Source: Seison nebaliae (Eukaryota). From it: a stretch of 55,484 bases of DNA. Made by a program: the position numbers and the translations under genes. This document shows, piece by piece, positions 1 through 14,324 of this stretch (the stretch's first letter is position 1; each line of letters begins with the position of its first letter). The notes beneath the pieces were generated by a model that searched no databases, was not told where the DNA came from, and was given only the letters and a program-made list of their open reading frames with translations. The stretch lies in the NCBI GenBank assembly GCA_023231475.1, contig JALJEE010000507.1, positions 1 through 55,484 of the forward strand. Reading direction: 5' to 3'.

Positions 1-120
1 AAATTTTGGATGAAAATTTTAGATGAAAATTTTGGATGAAAATTTTAGATGAAAATTTTGGATGAAAATTTTAGATGAAAATTTTGGATGAAAATTTTAG
101 ATGAAAATTTTGGATGAAAA
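1..120. repeat. Tandem minisatellite, 13-nt monomer GATGAAAATTTT(A/G) with strictly alternating A/G (26-nt dimer); truncated by the window start
   Basis: Read directly: about 9 monomers, gatgaaaatttta alternating with gatgaaaattttg, no spacers. Confidence 0.95.
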
Positions 121-469
121 TATTTGTTTAAAAAATGATGGAAATTATGGAATAAATTGAAATTTAATGGAAGACAAATGAACATCATCATTATGATTAT
201 TCTACGATTACATTGTCGTGTTGTTCTTGAATATTCCAGATAAACATGTTATGTTGTTGGTTTATTGATATATCTCTGCATGTCGATAATTAATATTTAT
301 TCATTTGTCTTCCGTCTTTCTTCAAAACTCGTACTAATAATCTCCGTCTGTTCTTTCGGTTTACGTCCTGTGAAATCGACATACCTTTCGTACTAATTCG
401 CTAAAGATCTATTTCCAATATTCTCTCCTCACTACTATTTCTGCGTGTACATCCACCCACTCTCCCACC

Positions 470-470
<1 letters not shown>

Positions 471-502
<32 letters not shown>
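471..502. repeat. (AC)16 microsatellite
   Basis: Read directly; it produces the spurious CVCVCV ORF at 435..644. Confidence 0.95.
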
Positions 503-509
<7 letters not shown>

Positions 510-1763
510 CACAGGGAAAGAATGAGTATAAAGTTCAATAAAAGAAGAATGAAGTGAAAGTTGAGACATGGCGCTATAATTCGTGAATAGGATCAGATGG
601 AAGAATTGGCATCCGATCGAATAAACGAATATTATTCGAAACAAAAGAATGGAAACGTCAAACGGAATGAGAACGAACAGATATCACCAGAGGAGTTGTG
701 GTTTCATTCCGTTCATTCATTCTTTCTTTCGACGGGATTAACCCTGATGTCTCTCCCCCTCAATCAGTGAGGACAATGGAAGTATTTGATCGAATATTAT
801 CTTTTGTCTATAATCGACGAGAAAACGTGTCTCGATCATCATTTATTATGATAATTTCATTCGAGACATTATCTGTGTTAATCCAAACAAGATGACCTTC
901 TGTTAGAGAAAAAGAAATAAATCCTCTTTCTTATCGAAAATAACATTAAATCATATTCTCCAATACTGTCGAGTTGGAGATAATCCTTCTCCTCTATAAA
1001 CAAATATGAAATTCGATTTAGGATCACATTAAAATAATGAAATGAACATCTGAACAACGAGAATGTGTCGAGCAGAAAACTAATATTAACTTTCCCATAA
1101 ATATAATTTGTGCATAATGAAATTTTCTTTCCGATTACGCATAATTTAATAATCGATCGAGCAATTGATAATACTCCTCAACTTATTCCTCATTTATATC
1201 TTGTAAGTTTAATCATCTTGACGAATATTGTTTGAGTTGGTGGCAAATATTTTATTTTCCGTCAATTCATCTATCAAAAAATGGAAAGTGTCTTTTATTG
1301 AATTATCAAATTTATTGTGAATGAAATTTCTTCAAAAATGAAGAATCCGAATTCATTTCCTGTTAATTTCCCTAAAGGAAAAATGAACGGATAAAAATAA
1401 AGAAAAAGGTATGAGGAACGGAATTGAGGAATAACTCCTTCTCCGAATATATTAACCGTCTGATTCCCTTGAAGTAAGATATAGAATCACCCAATATAAT
1501 TAGACATCATCACTAATAATAAGAATTTCTATAAGAGAATTATGGAAGATAGTGAGTCGGCAAACTCGATTTCGTGATATTCTTCCAAGTAGTTGACATA
1601 TTTCCTAATTAATAAAATTTCCATAAAATCATGAAAAATTAATGGAGAAAATATAAATTAGAAATTTCAAATAAGAGAATTTCATCAATTTCATCAATCT
1701 CGTCTGGTTTCTCCCTCAAAAACAAATTTCATATTCTACTCGAAATATCATAAAAATGATATT

Positions 1764-1819
1764 GATGGAATTGGGAAGGGAATGAAAAAAAATTTCTATT
1801 TCTCCTTCCCAATTCCATC
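1764..1819. repeat. Perfect 16-bp inverted repeat (hairpin)
   Basis: GATGGAATTGGGAAGG (1764-1779) and CCTTCCCAATTCCATC (1804-1819) around a 24-nt partly pairable interior. Confidence 0.85.
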
Positions 1820-2174
1820 GACCATAGTACTTCGATGAGGATGTTGATGGAGAAAACATATTTATGATTAGAATCGTCTGACACTCATTGCATACTAGTT
1901 GTCGATCTCCTCCATCATTGTGGAAGAGAAATGAATGACAGACAGAAATGGATGACGAAGTCGAATGTCGGCAGGTTAATAAATGACATTAGTCTTATGG
2001 AAACATTTTATTTGACGACTAGGTATTAGGTCTTCGATTCATTTGGGAATGGGGACACGATTTAAAAGTTATTATTGGAAAAAAATGATGAAAAATATTT
2101 TGAAAATAATTTTATTAAAGTTTCTTCCCATCTCAACTCAATACGAATTGTTAAATGATTTTTCAATAAAAATT

Positions 2175-3182
2175 TCATTTTTTCTCTTCTGCATATTGAT
2201 AATGGAGATCAGATACATCGTCATGTGATAATTTCTCCCATCCACTTTCCTTCATATGATAAACTAGAAAAATAATTAATTAATTAATAATAAAATATAA
2301 TTTTTAAAATTTTTTCAAGATAAATTCTCTAACCATGAACTGTACCACCACTCATGGCATCTCGATAAGTGGCATGATAAATTGCACGTCGTGCCAGATC
2401 ATGAGCCTCCTCCACTGTCAAATCGTTACGATGTCCTGAATCTAAAACACCGTATGCATATGGTGAACCGCTGCCAACGGAAAAGATATGATTCGTCAAT
2501 CGAGTTCCGTCACTGTCCACATAATAGAGTCCGGGGCCTCGTTTGTCCCAACCGACGATCATCGTTCCCATCGACAATCCCATTCCTTTGTAATTGTACA
2601 CGATATTCGCCAACATTTTCGAGGCAGCTGCCACTGAAATTCTTTCTTTATTCCTCAATTCATACATTCGACATTCCTTCGCTAAATATCTCTCCCAGAA
2701 ACTACAATCGGCAGCGCCGCCTGCCATCGTTCCTAACAAATACGGATTAATCTCAATCACCTTTTTCACCGTCTGCGAAGCTGATAATGGAAATGATGAT
2801 GGAAAATATTTGATAAGAATTAACCGATTAGACTTCCTGCAGTCGCTCGTGAATCAACCGCCACCATTACACCGTGTTGGAATTTGAAAGCTAAAGTGGT
2901 TGTTCCGTGAGCGAAATTGATTTTAATTCCATCTTTATTATGATCATTATATCTCTCCAAAAATCCTTTCGGCTTTTACGGGAAACAAAAGAAATTGAGA
3001 AAATGGAATGAGATAAAGAAAACATTAGCAATTGGTGGTTTCTCTACATTCGCAAATGAATCGATAGAAAGATTCATCATTTGATCGAGATTAAATTCAT
3101 TTCCATCTTTTATATCACCAATCAACTCCTTCTTCCAATCCAATTCTCCACGTCCCAATCCCAGAACATCTGCCAAAGCCAT
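2175..3182 (-). CDS. PSMB5: Proteasome subunit beta type-5, 4 exons
   Basis: Spliced product reads MALADVLG...propeptide, then [26 protein letters not shown]...[26 protein letters not shown]...SVGSGS...[22 protein letters not shown]...QYAEEKK*. Three GT-AG introns with donors GTTTTC, GTTAAT and GTTAGA. Confidence 0.97.
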
Positions 3183-3429
3183 AATTGAAATTAATTTGAT
3201 GGAGAAATTCAAACGAACGATTGAAATTCTTTCGAGAAAAGTTTGAATGAATAAGATTTTTTTTAATAATCTTTCTCATGAAAATTTTGTTTGAAAAATT
3301 TTTTTAAGATTATAAACGAAAATAAAATTCAAATTTTAAGCTTTTAATAAAAATTTAAAATTTTTAGCTTTCTACACGAAATTTCTTTCTAAAATTAACA
3401 AATTATTATTTTAACTGTTGTTGACGATA
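3183..3429. promoter_or_regulatory. Probable bidirectional promoter between PSMB5 and SMG1
   Basis: The divergent start codons (3182 on -, 3430 on +) are separated by only 247 nt of very AT-rich sequence; promoter function is inferred from geometry. Confidence 0.6.
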
Positions 3430-6400
3430 ATGAGTGGTCATTCGAAACGGCCGACGAGTAAAGTGAAGTCGAGATGTCGGAGAAATGAATATCCGTTGGC
3501 GCCTGGACCACAGGAAGGTTATTGGGACATTTTGGAACGAGAAGAGAATTATTTTTGGAGGAGATTGAAAGAGATCAATTCATCACATTATTCTCTTAGT
3601 CAATTGATTGATGAAGAGCGATGGTATGAGAAGGATGTGAAGGAGTTATTCGAAGTATTGAATGGATTGAAATCGATAATGAAATATAATCTCCATTTGA
3701 AAGATAATCAAATGGTGAATGTATCATTTCCATTTACATTCATTCTCTTCCAAGAATTGGAATTCTTCAATGACCAATTATCCAAAACGGAACATTCCAC
3801 TTTAATTCATTCGATTTGTAATAATATTATGGAATTGATCGAACAATATTTATCAGCGTTCACTGAATTTCGTTATTTCCAAGATTGGAATGGTAGATAT
3901 TTCACTTGGCTCTTTTATCTCATCGATAATTTGTGTACGAGATCGATTGGAAAGAAGAAAAGTAAATCGAATACATCATTCCAATTTTATCTGATTTATT
4001 TAATTGAACGATATTTATTGAACAATGAATTCCTTTCCATGTTAATGCGGAAAGGATTATCCACTATTTTATTAACAACAAATCGATTCAACGATTACCG
4101 TCGTCCATACCATAAAAAAATGATCCGATCCATAAACCCATCAGATGATGATGACGAATTAGGAGATGATGAAAGAAATGTTGATGATGATGATGACAAT
4201 GAAGATTCGGTTCAAATAATTATTGAAAATCGTCGAGAAATCAGTCCAGATGAGAAATATGGTGAAATTGATAAATGGAAAGTGGAGATGTTAATTGAGA
4301 AACATTTCATTTATTGTTTCATTTCGATGATCGAGAAAGCGAACGCCAATTTATCAGAAGGAATGAGATATCGATTAATTGATGATTTGTTCCATTTTCT
4401 CGAACGATTGAAATCAATGGAATTATTACCGTTTTTCTATTCCGATATAACTGATATCTTAATCGGAGTTATTTTTGATTATGATGATGGTGATACGATA
4501 ACTTGTCATCGTGTTTCCACTTATCCTTTATATCTCTATGATTTGTACGATCAACTTTTTACGAATTTGAGACGGAACGATGATTTGGAAGGTATGAAAT
4601 CCGTCCACAATTATATCTTCCCATTATTTATGGATATTCTCGACGATTTCTTCACAGCGAAAGGTAAAACGAAATTAAATTTGTTGAAAGTGCTCAATGT
4701 ATTCGTCATGATTTTCAAACGAATTTCCTTCAAATCCAATTTAGATGATTTTAAATTATTCGTCGATTCTCATACTCAATCAATCTCATTAATCGATATT
4801 TTCAATATGATGTCATCATTAGATGATATAGAAATTGAGGATGATATTATGAGACATTTCTTCTTCTCAATTCAAATCGATACAATTCATTTCTGTTGGA
4901 AAGAAGAATTTTGGAAAGATTCAATCGGACAACTTAATGAATCTCTCACAAATTGGACGAAGAATTTCTTAGGAAGATTTCTTTCCATTTCTCATACGAA
5001 TTCTCTCAATTCTTTCCTCCAATTCATCTTAATTATCGATAATTCCTTTCAATTAGAGAAGGAGATAATTCCATCATTTTTCCTCTCATCCATCAATTCT
5101 CAAAATGATTCGACTGATGAATATCTCAACAAATATTTAATTTTCCGTTTAAACGATAATTCAAATGCAGAATCAACGATCGATTTATTCGAAGAAATAT
5201 TCAAGAGAATATCATCCCCTTGTCATGAGACGGAGAAGATTTATGAAGAAATAATTTTCCTTCTTAATCTGGCGATATTGGAAACGGTGCATTCACCATT
5301 AGAAAAAAATTATAATGAAAATTTTGAAAAATTAATAATTTCAGTTTTTGTGGAAAAACGATCGATCAATTCCGTTCAATTGAAAAATATGATAAATCAT
5401 TTTTTCAATCTTTATCCATCGGATGAATTGAAGAAAGAAATTGGAGGAACGATATTATTCTTGTTTAAACAAATTGTCGATGATATTAATGAGAAGAAAC
5501 GGAACGAATTAATTCGATTAATTTTAATATTTTCTATTTTGGAGAATGGAAATGGAAAGAAGACGATGGAAGAATTTGAGGAATTGATTTATTTAAATTT
5601 ACAATTGAAATTAGAAGAGAATGGACAAGAGATGGATGATCTTATTCTCATTACGATACTTTCTCGTTATTTCTTCACCTTATTTGTTGATGTTGATTTG
5701 ATTTTGGTGACGGAAATCGAATATCTGTTAAATGGTAAACAATCAATATATGATGAAAATGAGAAGAAAATGTCGAGAAAAATTTTGAAGGAATTTCATA
5801 TTTTCTGGAGTCATATCATCGACACGTTGGAGAATATGGGAAAGTCGTTACGGAATGTTTATGGAAATCAACAAATAATTTCATTTCTCGTTAAATTGGT
5901 GGAGTGGATTGAAGAGAAATGGATCGATAATCGATTAATGATCAATCGAAATTTCGAAGAGATCCAACACGAATATTTTCTTTTCATTCTCAACATTCTC
6001 ATTTCCGTTCTCTGTCATAATTTGATGGTGACGAAATTGATATCGAACGAATTGGATAAATGTTATTGGAGAATTTCTCATAAACTTTATAATATTTTCC
6101 GTTTGAATGAATATCGATTGACACATCAGACGATCAATGATTCGATGATATTTCTCAATTCATTTTATGGAATTTGGAAACGATTAAATGGAATTTATAT
6201 CAATCAGAAATTCATGAAAAATTCTCATGAATTAACATCTCTACAAATTGTTCAAGAGCAGAAATTCCATGAAATAAATTTCATCTTTTCAAACGAGAAA
6301 TATTTGAAGCGATCACGTTCTAATGATATTAATTCGATCGATGACATTTTTGAATGTTTCGACATCAAACGGATTAATTTCGATAATTGTGATGAATTAA

Positions 6401-7785
6401 TTGAAATGAAGAATGAATTATTATCTGATCATTTGGAAGAGTTATTCATTTATATATGCACAGGATACGAACCGATGAAATATGAAAATGAATCAATTTC
6501 TCATTATTTCCAATTTCTTTACGAACGATTAAATGTGGATGATATTCAAATTCTCCCACCAATTTCCACCATGATGAAATATGTGATGAGTTCATTGACG
6601 AATTATCTGATAAGAAATCGAATGAAGACGAAAGTGTTTGGAGGAGTGGAAGAGACGTTAGTGGCGATGGATTCGACATTGAGTGAATTCTTCACTCGAA
6701 TGAACGATGATGCGATGGAAGGATTAAATAGAAATGTTGAAAAGAATTTCAAATTAATTCAAAGAATGATTATGTTTCTATTATTATTACATGATCTGGA
6801 ACGATCAATGGAACAGATTGTCAAACCATCACTTCTTACTTTCACTTATGATAATGGAATAAATGATAAATTGGAAATAAAATCAAAAAAATTGAGTCTC
6901 ATACGAAAATTGAAAGAGACTCAACTTTATCCGAATAATGTCTGTAAATTCGTTCAAATGAATTGGGAAATATTCCAACAATGGTTTTCCTCTCAACAAC
7001 TTCATTGTATTCGACTTTATTATTTTGTCATTTTTGATCATTTTAATTTTGATAATGATCATATTTTCCTTCAAGCTTTCTTCTATCATTCTCAACGATT
7101 TCTTACCGAACAGAAAAGAAAAATTGATAATCCGATAATGGAAGAAATCGTCTGGTATCAAATCGATGTGATTGTGGAATTGAAAGACATTTCTCGATTT
7201 CATGTACTTTTTTCATTATTGAAATATTTTAATATGGAATCCATTAGTTCCATTCTGGCAATGGAGAATGCCATTCAATTGGAATTAAATGGAAATGATA
7301 TCGATCAAGTAATCGATGAATATGATAAATGTGAAATGGAATTAAATTCAATTAATTCCTCCCACAGACGATTTCGAATATCGGAAAGAATTATGAAAAT
7401 TTATTTAAAAAATTTCGAAAAAGTTAACGAGATCGTCATAAGGAAACGATTGAAGAGACATTGTGAGATATTTGATGAGTTGACAGAAATTGATGAGGAT
7501 GAGAAATTTCGATTGAATCTCCAACTTCAATCCGTTCGACAACAATTCGCAATGAAATCTTTCGTAGAGAAACAATTTGGAGCGATCAAATCGATCATTT
7601 TAGACAATTCACCAATTTACGACCAACAAACATCGATTGGGGAATTAAAGGAGATGGTAGATTATACGGACGTTTTACAACATCTTCCAACCGTCACAGC
7701 TATCAATCTCAAAATGACAATTGATCAAATTGAAAATTTATGTTCATGGAAACATTTAAGATTACTTCATCAATCCATCGATCTA

Positions 7786-7820
<35 letters not shown>

Positions 7821-10800
7821 AGAAATTAATAATGGAATGAATGAATTGAAAGAATATAAGGATTTATATGAACGATTAATTAGTATTAATCGATTATTAT
7901 CGACAAATAATGATTTGACATTGATCAATCCGAAATTAATGGAAAATTCTTGTCAATTAAATTATTTAATTAATTCGAATTTATTTGATATTAATGAAAT
8001 TGAAATGATCAATGAATTGAATTGGGAAACGATCGATTTATTATCGATCAAACATCAAAATTTATTGAATCAACGAAAATCTCAATTGAACAAATTCAAT
8101 TTAGTTCTCGATTCATTTCATGTCATCTCATTACCATTTCCTTATCAACGTGTCTTGACTGATATCATTATTCAATCTAACATCAAATTTAGTGATCGGG
8201 AAATTCTTAAAAGATTATTGAAACCAATTCCTCTCATCTACGACACACAGAATGAGAATGACGCATTTTTATTTGATGGAAATCTCATCAATCTTTTCCA
8301 TGACATCGATATTAATCATCTATATAATTTCCAGATATTTTTGAAAGTGATGAAACATCAGAAATTCGATGATTTCCAACAACGTGACAATTTGCGAGAA
8401 ATTATCGGAAATCATTCTCACATTTTCCGATGTTCTTCCAACGAATTGAAAGAACATTATGTCAATTTATTCACTCACGATAAATTGAACATCGACGAAG
8501 AATTCGATGAATGGAAATCAAATATCGATTCATTGGATTGTTTAAGAACGAAATGTTTCGAGAAGAATCTCTTAGAGATTAAGAGAAAACTCAAAAGAAT
8601 TATCGACGATTCTCTCGTGAACGGATCAAACGAAGAATTGAATGGAATTAAAATATTTTGTAAAAAAGACGAAAGAAATGAATTGATGGAATTGAAAATA
8701 TTATTGAAAAATCATCATCAAATGATTTCTCATCATTCTTTAATTTATTCACTTTGTCATACTGTCGCTATTGAGATATCTAAAGAGAAATATTTATCCA
8801 TCAACAAACAATGGATTCGAAGTACTTTATTTTTCGAATTAGAAATAAAAAGGAAATTGGGATTATCTGATAAATTGTTAATGGATTTGATGAGTGGTTG
8901 GGAGAAATGGACGAAAGAATATTTTGATAATCAAAAAAATTATTTTAAAATACTTTGTGAAATTCATTTACTTATTCAAAATCTTTCTGATAGTTCCATC
9001 TGTCTGGAAATGCTCCAATATTTCTATGAACATCCTTCTATCGTTTTCGATGAGATCGATTCATGTCGTCGATTGAACATGAAACATTTCATCAAATATC
9101 TCCCTCAAATATTCGCCATTTATTCCAATATCATTTCATTAAATATTCCTATCGAATTGACTGATGTTATTGATCAATCCAAAAATATTTTTCTTCATAT
9201 TTTTTATTCATTTCTCAACATTTCTCAAAAGAAGAATATTTTCACTCATTGTAACGAAAATACTTGGAAGATATTGATCTATCCGTTATTGACGAAATTG
9301 GTGGAATCGGAAATTTTAGAGAATAATATTGGAATTGATCAATTCTCTCCATTTCAATCATATCGTGATCAATCCAAAAAATTAATTCCATCAATAGAAT
9401 TTAGTCATTTGAAAGATGAATTTGAACTCTCTTCCAAATTCGGTCGAATACTTAATTCATTAATTAATTCATTTTTAGTTGGACGATGTCAAGAAGATCG
9501 AGATATGATTAATGATTACATCCTCCTCATCACTGACATGAGAGAGGCATCGGTTTATGGAACTGAACAACATAAACAAATGATTCATCCGATACATCGA
9601 ACAATCGTCAAATTTTTCTATGTAATCAATAATCGATATCATTCGATAATTCGCAAATTGAAGAATATCTCTAATAATGTTGGGAAGAATGAATTTATTC
9701 GAAAAAGTCAAATCATCATGAAGGAATTGAAGAACATTCCATATTTCTTCGATACACAAACATATTGGATCATCAATCAATTGAATCAATTAATCATGAG
9801 AAATCTCCCGAAAAAAATCCTCCCCGAAATAATTGAGAAGGAATTGAAAAAATTGAAAAATTTAATCGATGATCTTTTCCATCAAATGACAACATTCAAC
9901 GAAACGATCGAAGAAATAATTGAACAAACATTATCAAATAAATTTGAACCGATTAAAATCTTAACTAAGAATAATATGAAACTCCTTCACAAATCGAAAG
10001 AAATTCGATTAGCGAAATTTTTGGAAGAGAAACCGTTACAACCGATTCAGACGAAATTCAATCAGATAATCGATCATCTCAAATTGACATCTCAAGAATT
10101 TGATAAAATTACAATGAAGACTATTCAAACGAATAATGAGGAGATGAATCATAAAATTAGAAATCAATCAGATTATGATAAACAACAACCTCATCATCAT
10201 CATCATCATCATCATCATCACCATCAATCGACACGGGTGATGAATGTGTCGAAGATTCTGGTGAAGAGTTTGATGAATTTGAAAGGTAATCGATTGATTA
10301 TGCCTCGAAATTATTATAAGAAATCATCGTTAAATGAAGAAGGAATTGTGACGATTTCTGGTGTGAACGAAATTGTTCACGTTCTCCATTCGAATACATC
10401 ACCAAAACGGATTTGTTTCATTGCTAATACGGGGAAACGATATCGATATTTGTTGAAAGGATATGAAGATTTGAGAGTTGACGAATTGATTTCACAAGTG
10501 ATTTCCGTTTATAATGAAATCGTTAAAACGGAAGATCGTTCCAAAATGCCGTTAATTAAAACGTACGATATCGTCACTTTGGGATCGAATTGTGGTCTCA
10601 TCGAATGGATGTATGGATACACTTCACTCTACTCTTATTACAAGAGATATCATCATCAGAAAGAGGAATTGGAGAAAGAGAATGAGAAGATTTTGAAACC
10701 GATGGAATCATATCAGATGGAATTGAAAACCGTTCTGAGAGAGGAAGAGAAGAATGTAACAGATGATCATGTCAAACGATTAGTTTATGATCGATTAAAA

Positions 10801-12069
10801 GAGAAAACTGAATCGGACATCTTCCATCATGAATTATATTCATTGACAACATCATTCATTCAATGGAATAAAATTCAAAAAAATTTCATCGAATCATTTG
10901 TCTCGTCATCAATTTTGAATAATTGTCTCTTCAATTTGGGCGATCGACATTTGGATAATATCCTTCTCGCATTCCATACAGGACAATTGCAACATATCGA
11001 TTTCAACGTTTGTTTCGAACGACAGAAAGCTCTCAAATTTCCCGAAACGGTTCCATTCCGTTTAACTCAAAATATCGCTCACGTTCTCCGTCATCCGTAT
11101 CAATTGGAGAATGTACTAATTGGAGAAGACGCTAATGTGGATGTGGGGAATCATCGACTTTTTTCATTTGCAATAGAGACGATGAAAATTTTGAAAGATG
11201 AGAATCATTTCCTGTTCGATTTGATGAAATGTTATTTCAATTATTATCCGTTCCCATTAACGAATTGGCAGAATGGTCATTCGACAATTTTATATTCGAG
11301 ATTGAACAGTTCGTTGGGAGAGAAGGAAGATGAAATCGAAACGATTCCATTAGAATGTATCATTTATCGATTGTTCAAGAAACATTCGATAGAAATTATT
11401 CCCATCATCTCATGGATCACAACGATCATTCAACATGACGATGTAAAAGATGAGAGGAAATTTCATTTCTCTCATTTCCATATCATTCAACAAATTCTCT
11501 TTCGATTATTCATTTATCTAACGAACGATCGAAGGAACATCTCAAATTTGACAAAGGAAAATTATAATTCTCATCTCATTGATTATCAGTTAATCCTTCA
11601 ATTCTTCTTGATAACATCGCCATTATTATCGAGTGGAAGTGAACATCAAATTTCTTCTTTTATTCAACATATACGGAAATTACAAAAGATAATTAACGAA
11701 ATGTTGAGAGAGACGAAAGACGATTTGGTTAAGTCGTTTAATGAATTGCATGAGAGTTTGGAAGAGATTGGAGATATAATAAAAATTTTCATTTTAAATA
11801 ATTCTTCTTTCGTCAATTATGAAGTGAAAGATAATTTATTGAGCTCGAATGAGAATTTATCTTTGTTGGATAATGCCAATAAATCTGATTATGTTCTCAC
11901 TTGTTTCTCTCATCAAATCAATTCACTCTTTCACACATATGAAGAACAATTGAACGAATGTTCAAAAAGCGAGAATTGTATGTTGGAGTATTGGAAGAAA
12001 TTGTTGAAGGAAGCTGTCGATCCGAACAATTTGAGTCGAATGTATGAAGGTTGGATGTCATGGATATGA
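3430..12069 (+). CDS. SMG1: SMG1 PIKK-family Ser/Thr kinase (nonsense-mediated decay), apparently single exon, about 2879 aa
   Basis: Kinase motifs YRYLLKGYEDLRVDE, LGDRHLDNIL and HIDFNVCFERQKALKFPETVPFRLTQNI, plus the C-terminal FATC EAVDPNNLSRMYEGWMSWI. These match the SMG1 signatures (KGxEDL, DRHLDN, DxNVCFE, YEGWxxW). First ATG at 3430. Confidence 0.9.
7786..7818 (+). repeat. (AAT)11 coding repeat, poly-Asn in SMG1
   Basis: Read directly. Confidence 0.9.
10192..10224 (+). repeat. (CAT)n coding repeat, His11 just upstream of the SMG1 kinase domain
   Basis: Read directly. Confidence 0.9.
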
Positions 12070-12529
12070 GAAGGAAACAACAACAAGAACAAGAACAACA
12101 TGATTAGTATCATTAGGAGAGAAACAAAGAAGAAACTTTCAAAGAAAAATAATGAGAGAATTTGGAGAAAAGAAGTTTTGTTCGATTGTGTGAGTCTAGC
12201 TAGCACAGTTGAAGTGTGTTTGGGGGAGGAAGTGACACAATATTCTACACCATCTGCCCACTCATATACATTGTAGTTTTTATGTGTATAAACTGCTTCT
12301 GAAATGAAATTTGTTTATTTAAAGAATAAATTTTTTTTTCTATTTATCATTATTCTCTTCTTCCCTCTTATTCGGTTGTTATTCTCATTTCATTTGTGTG
12401 GATGTAGGTAGAACTCGAAAGATGTTGAATGAAATAAAAACAAAATTAATTTGACTTGAAACGCTTCCTCTTCGAATTTCGTCCATCTTTTTTTCATTCA
12501 AATTGAAAGTCAATTCTCATTTTTATCAA

Positions 12530-12543
12530 GTTGTCATGACAAT
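12530..12543. promoter_or_regulatory. RFX X-box upstream of the CCDC74-like gene
   Basis: GTTGTC-AT-GACAAT is a near-perfect palindromic X-box about 170 nt upstream of the ATG of a cilia-associated gene. Confidence 0.7.
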
Positions 12544-12709
12544 TGTGTAGTAGAGTAGTAAAGATTATATGAGACATTATTGATACAACTTGTCAATCAC
12601 AATTGTTTAAAGCTCATTTCAATCGAAATAATTGGAAATAATTATCGTACTGTTCCAATTTATTCATCTAAATGTCGACTCATCAGTGAAGGAAAGACGT
12701 TGTAAGAAA

Positions 12710-14065
12710 ATGAATAACGGAAGTACGATTAATGCCGAACCGAGTTCCACACAACTAAACCATCACGACGGTGTCTACTTGCCCAAGTGGTCACACAACG
12801 AAGATTTGGGTGCATTCTCCCGGAAAGGACACCTCACCTTCAGTAGTAGCAGTAACGGCACTTCAGCCGAATTAGAGGAGACTGAGAAGAAACGTTCACA
12901 TCGTTCTCATAAACGGCACGAGAAATTGCACAGACACAAACAACAACATGTCACTGAATTGGAGTCATCTAAAATCAGTTATCTCCAAGAACAACAAACT
13001 TATCTTCTTAGGAAATTGCATAAAGAAATTGAAAATCTTCGAATTGAGAATCAAGGTTCCTAACCCATATTTAAACTTTCATCAATCACTTAATACTTAA
13101 ATTTCTTTCCGGAAAGATCTCCAATATAAATTAGCAACTAAACGCGACCATCATAACTACGACGATGAGAAGCGAGGTTTCCTTTCTGAAAAGTGTGAAT
13201 ATTAAACAGTTTATTGTATTTGATAAGATTTGACAAGAATCGCTTCCGGATTGAAAAAGAAAGTGAAATATTTGAAGAATGATTTGAATACGCAACAGGA
13301 AACGATTAATAATTTAGAGGAACAATTGAAAAATTTGAAATCAACAGATATTCATCATTTGGATCATTCCACACAAACGAATCAATTAGACGATGCTGAT
13401 ATGAAAAATGAAGAAAATTTGACATTGGGTCAAATTCAATCAATCGATCCCTTATTGATACGAGTGAGTGACGGAAGTGTTAGAACACCAACCGACTCCG
13501 AAATGAAACGTCTCATTGTTCTCTTCTTTTGTAAACAAGAAATGATTGTTCGTTTGTTTTCAACAATTCTGTTCACTCTCTTTCTAGACTAATACAATTT
13601 CATCTTCAAATCCATCGAATAATCTACAACATTTGAGAAGTCGAGAAAATTTCGCACTCCCACCTCCCGAAGAATTGATATTGCAACCTCAACATGAAAA
13701 GTGAAAATTTTCAAAATTTTTTCTCATTTAATTATCGTTTAAGTTTTACTTCTGGTCATCATGTGAAAGGAGGAAATCCGATTTCATACCGTGCAATATC
13801 CTCTACAAATTTCGTGGAAATTGATCGGAAAGTTCCAATTTCTGATAGACGTGGCTCAAAATCGAAGACCGGACAAGCCATTTATTTACCGCCTTTACCT
13901 AATTCGTTCAATAAGAATTCGGTGACCGAACGGACGAAACGAATGAAACAAATTCATCGTGATCGATTAGCTCGAATCAATCCCACTTACCCATCACACC
14001 ATTCAGAGAATCCATCCTATCGACGATCGAATGATGATAAAGATCGTTTGAATAATTCCCAATAG
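12710..14065 (+). CDS. CCDC74: Coiled-coil domain-containing protein 74-like (CCDC92/CCDC74 family), 5 exons
   Basis: Exons about 12710-13055, 13117-13176, 13228-13517, 13588-13700, 13744-14065. KISYLQEQQTYLLRKLHKEIENLRIENQDLQYKL resembles the CCDC92/74 coiled-coil motif, and YLPPLPNSFNKNSVTERTKRMKQIHRDRL resembles the CCDC74 C-terminal motif. The intron 3 donor is ambiguous (13518 or 13548). Confidence 0.72.
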
Positions 14066-14324
14066 AGAACATTTCTTTTATTTATTATGACAATATTTTA
14101 TCTACAACGTCTACCGATTATGATATTTGATTTCCATTCAATTCATCGGAAGTATTCAAAAAATTATTATTATTCTCATTCTCATTATTAATAAAAGAAA
14201 CATTTTCTTTCTCTTTTTACTGTTATTCATATCGTAACCTTAAACTACGTCATATCATATGACGCAACATTTTAAAATGTTTGTATGATAATTTGAAAAA
14301 AAAACATTAAACATCTTTTCCAAC

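Noticed and set aside
1..120. CRISPR-like array
   Set aside because: Head-to-tail repeats with no unique spacers, in a eukaryotic context with no cas genes.
435..895. Short ORFs 435..644 and 698..895
   Set aside because: Neither starts with ATG and neither has recognisable motifs; the first is driven by the AC microsatellite.
3715..3754. Possible intron near the SMG1 5' end
   Set aside because: Candidate lengths of 40 or 34 nt would break an otherwise continuous frame.
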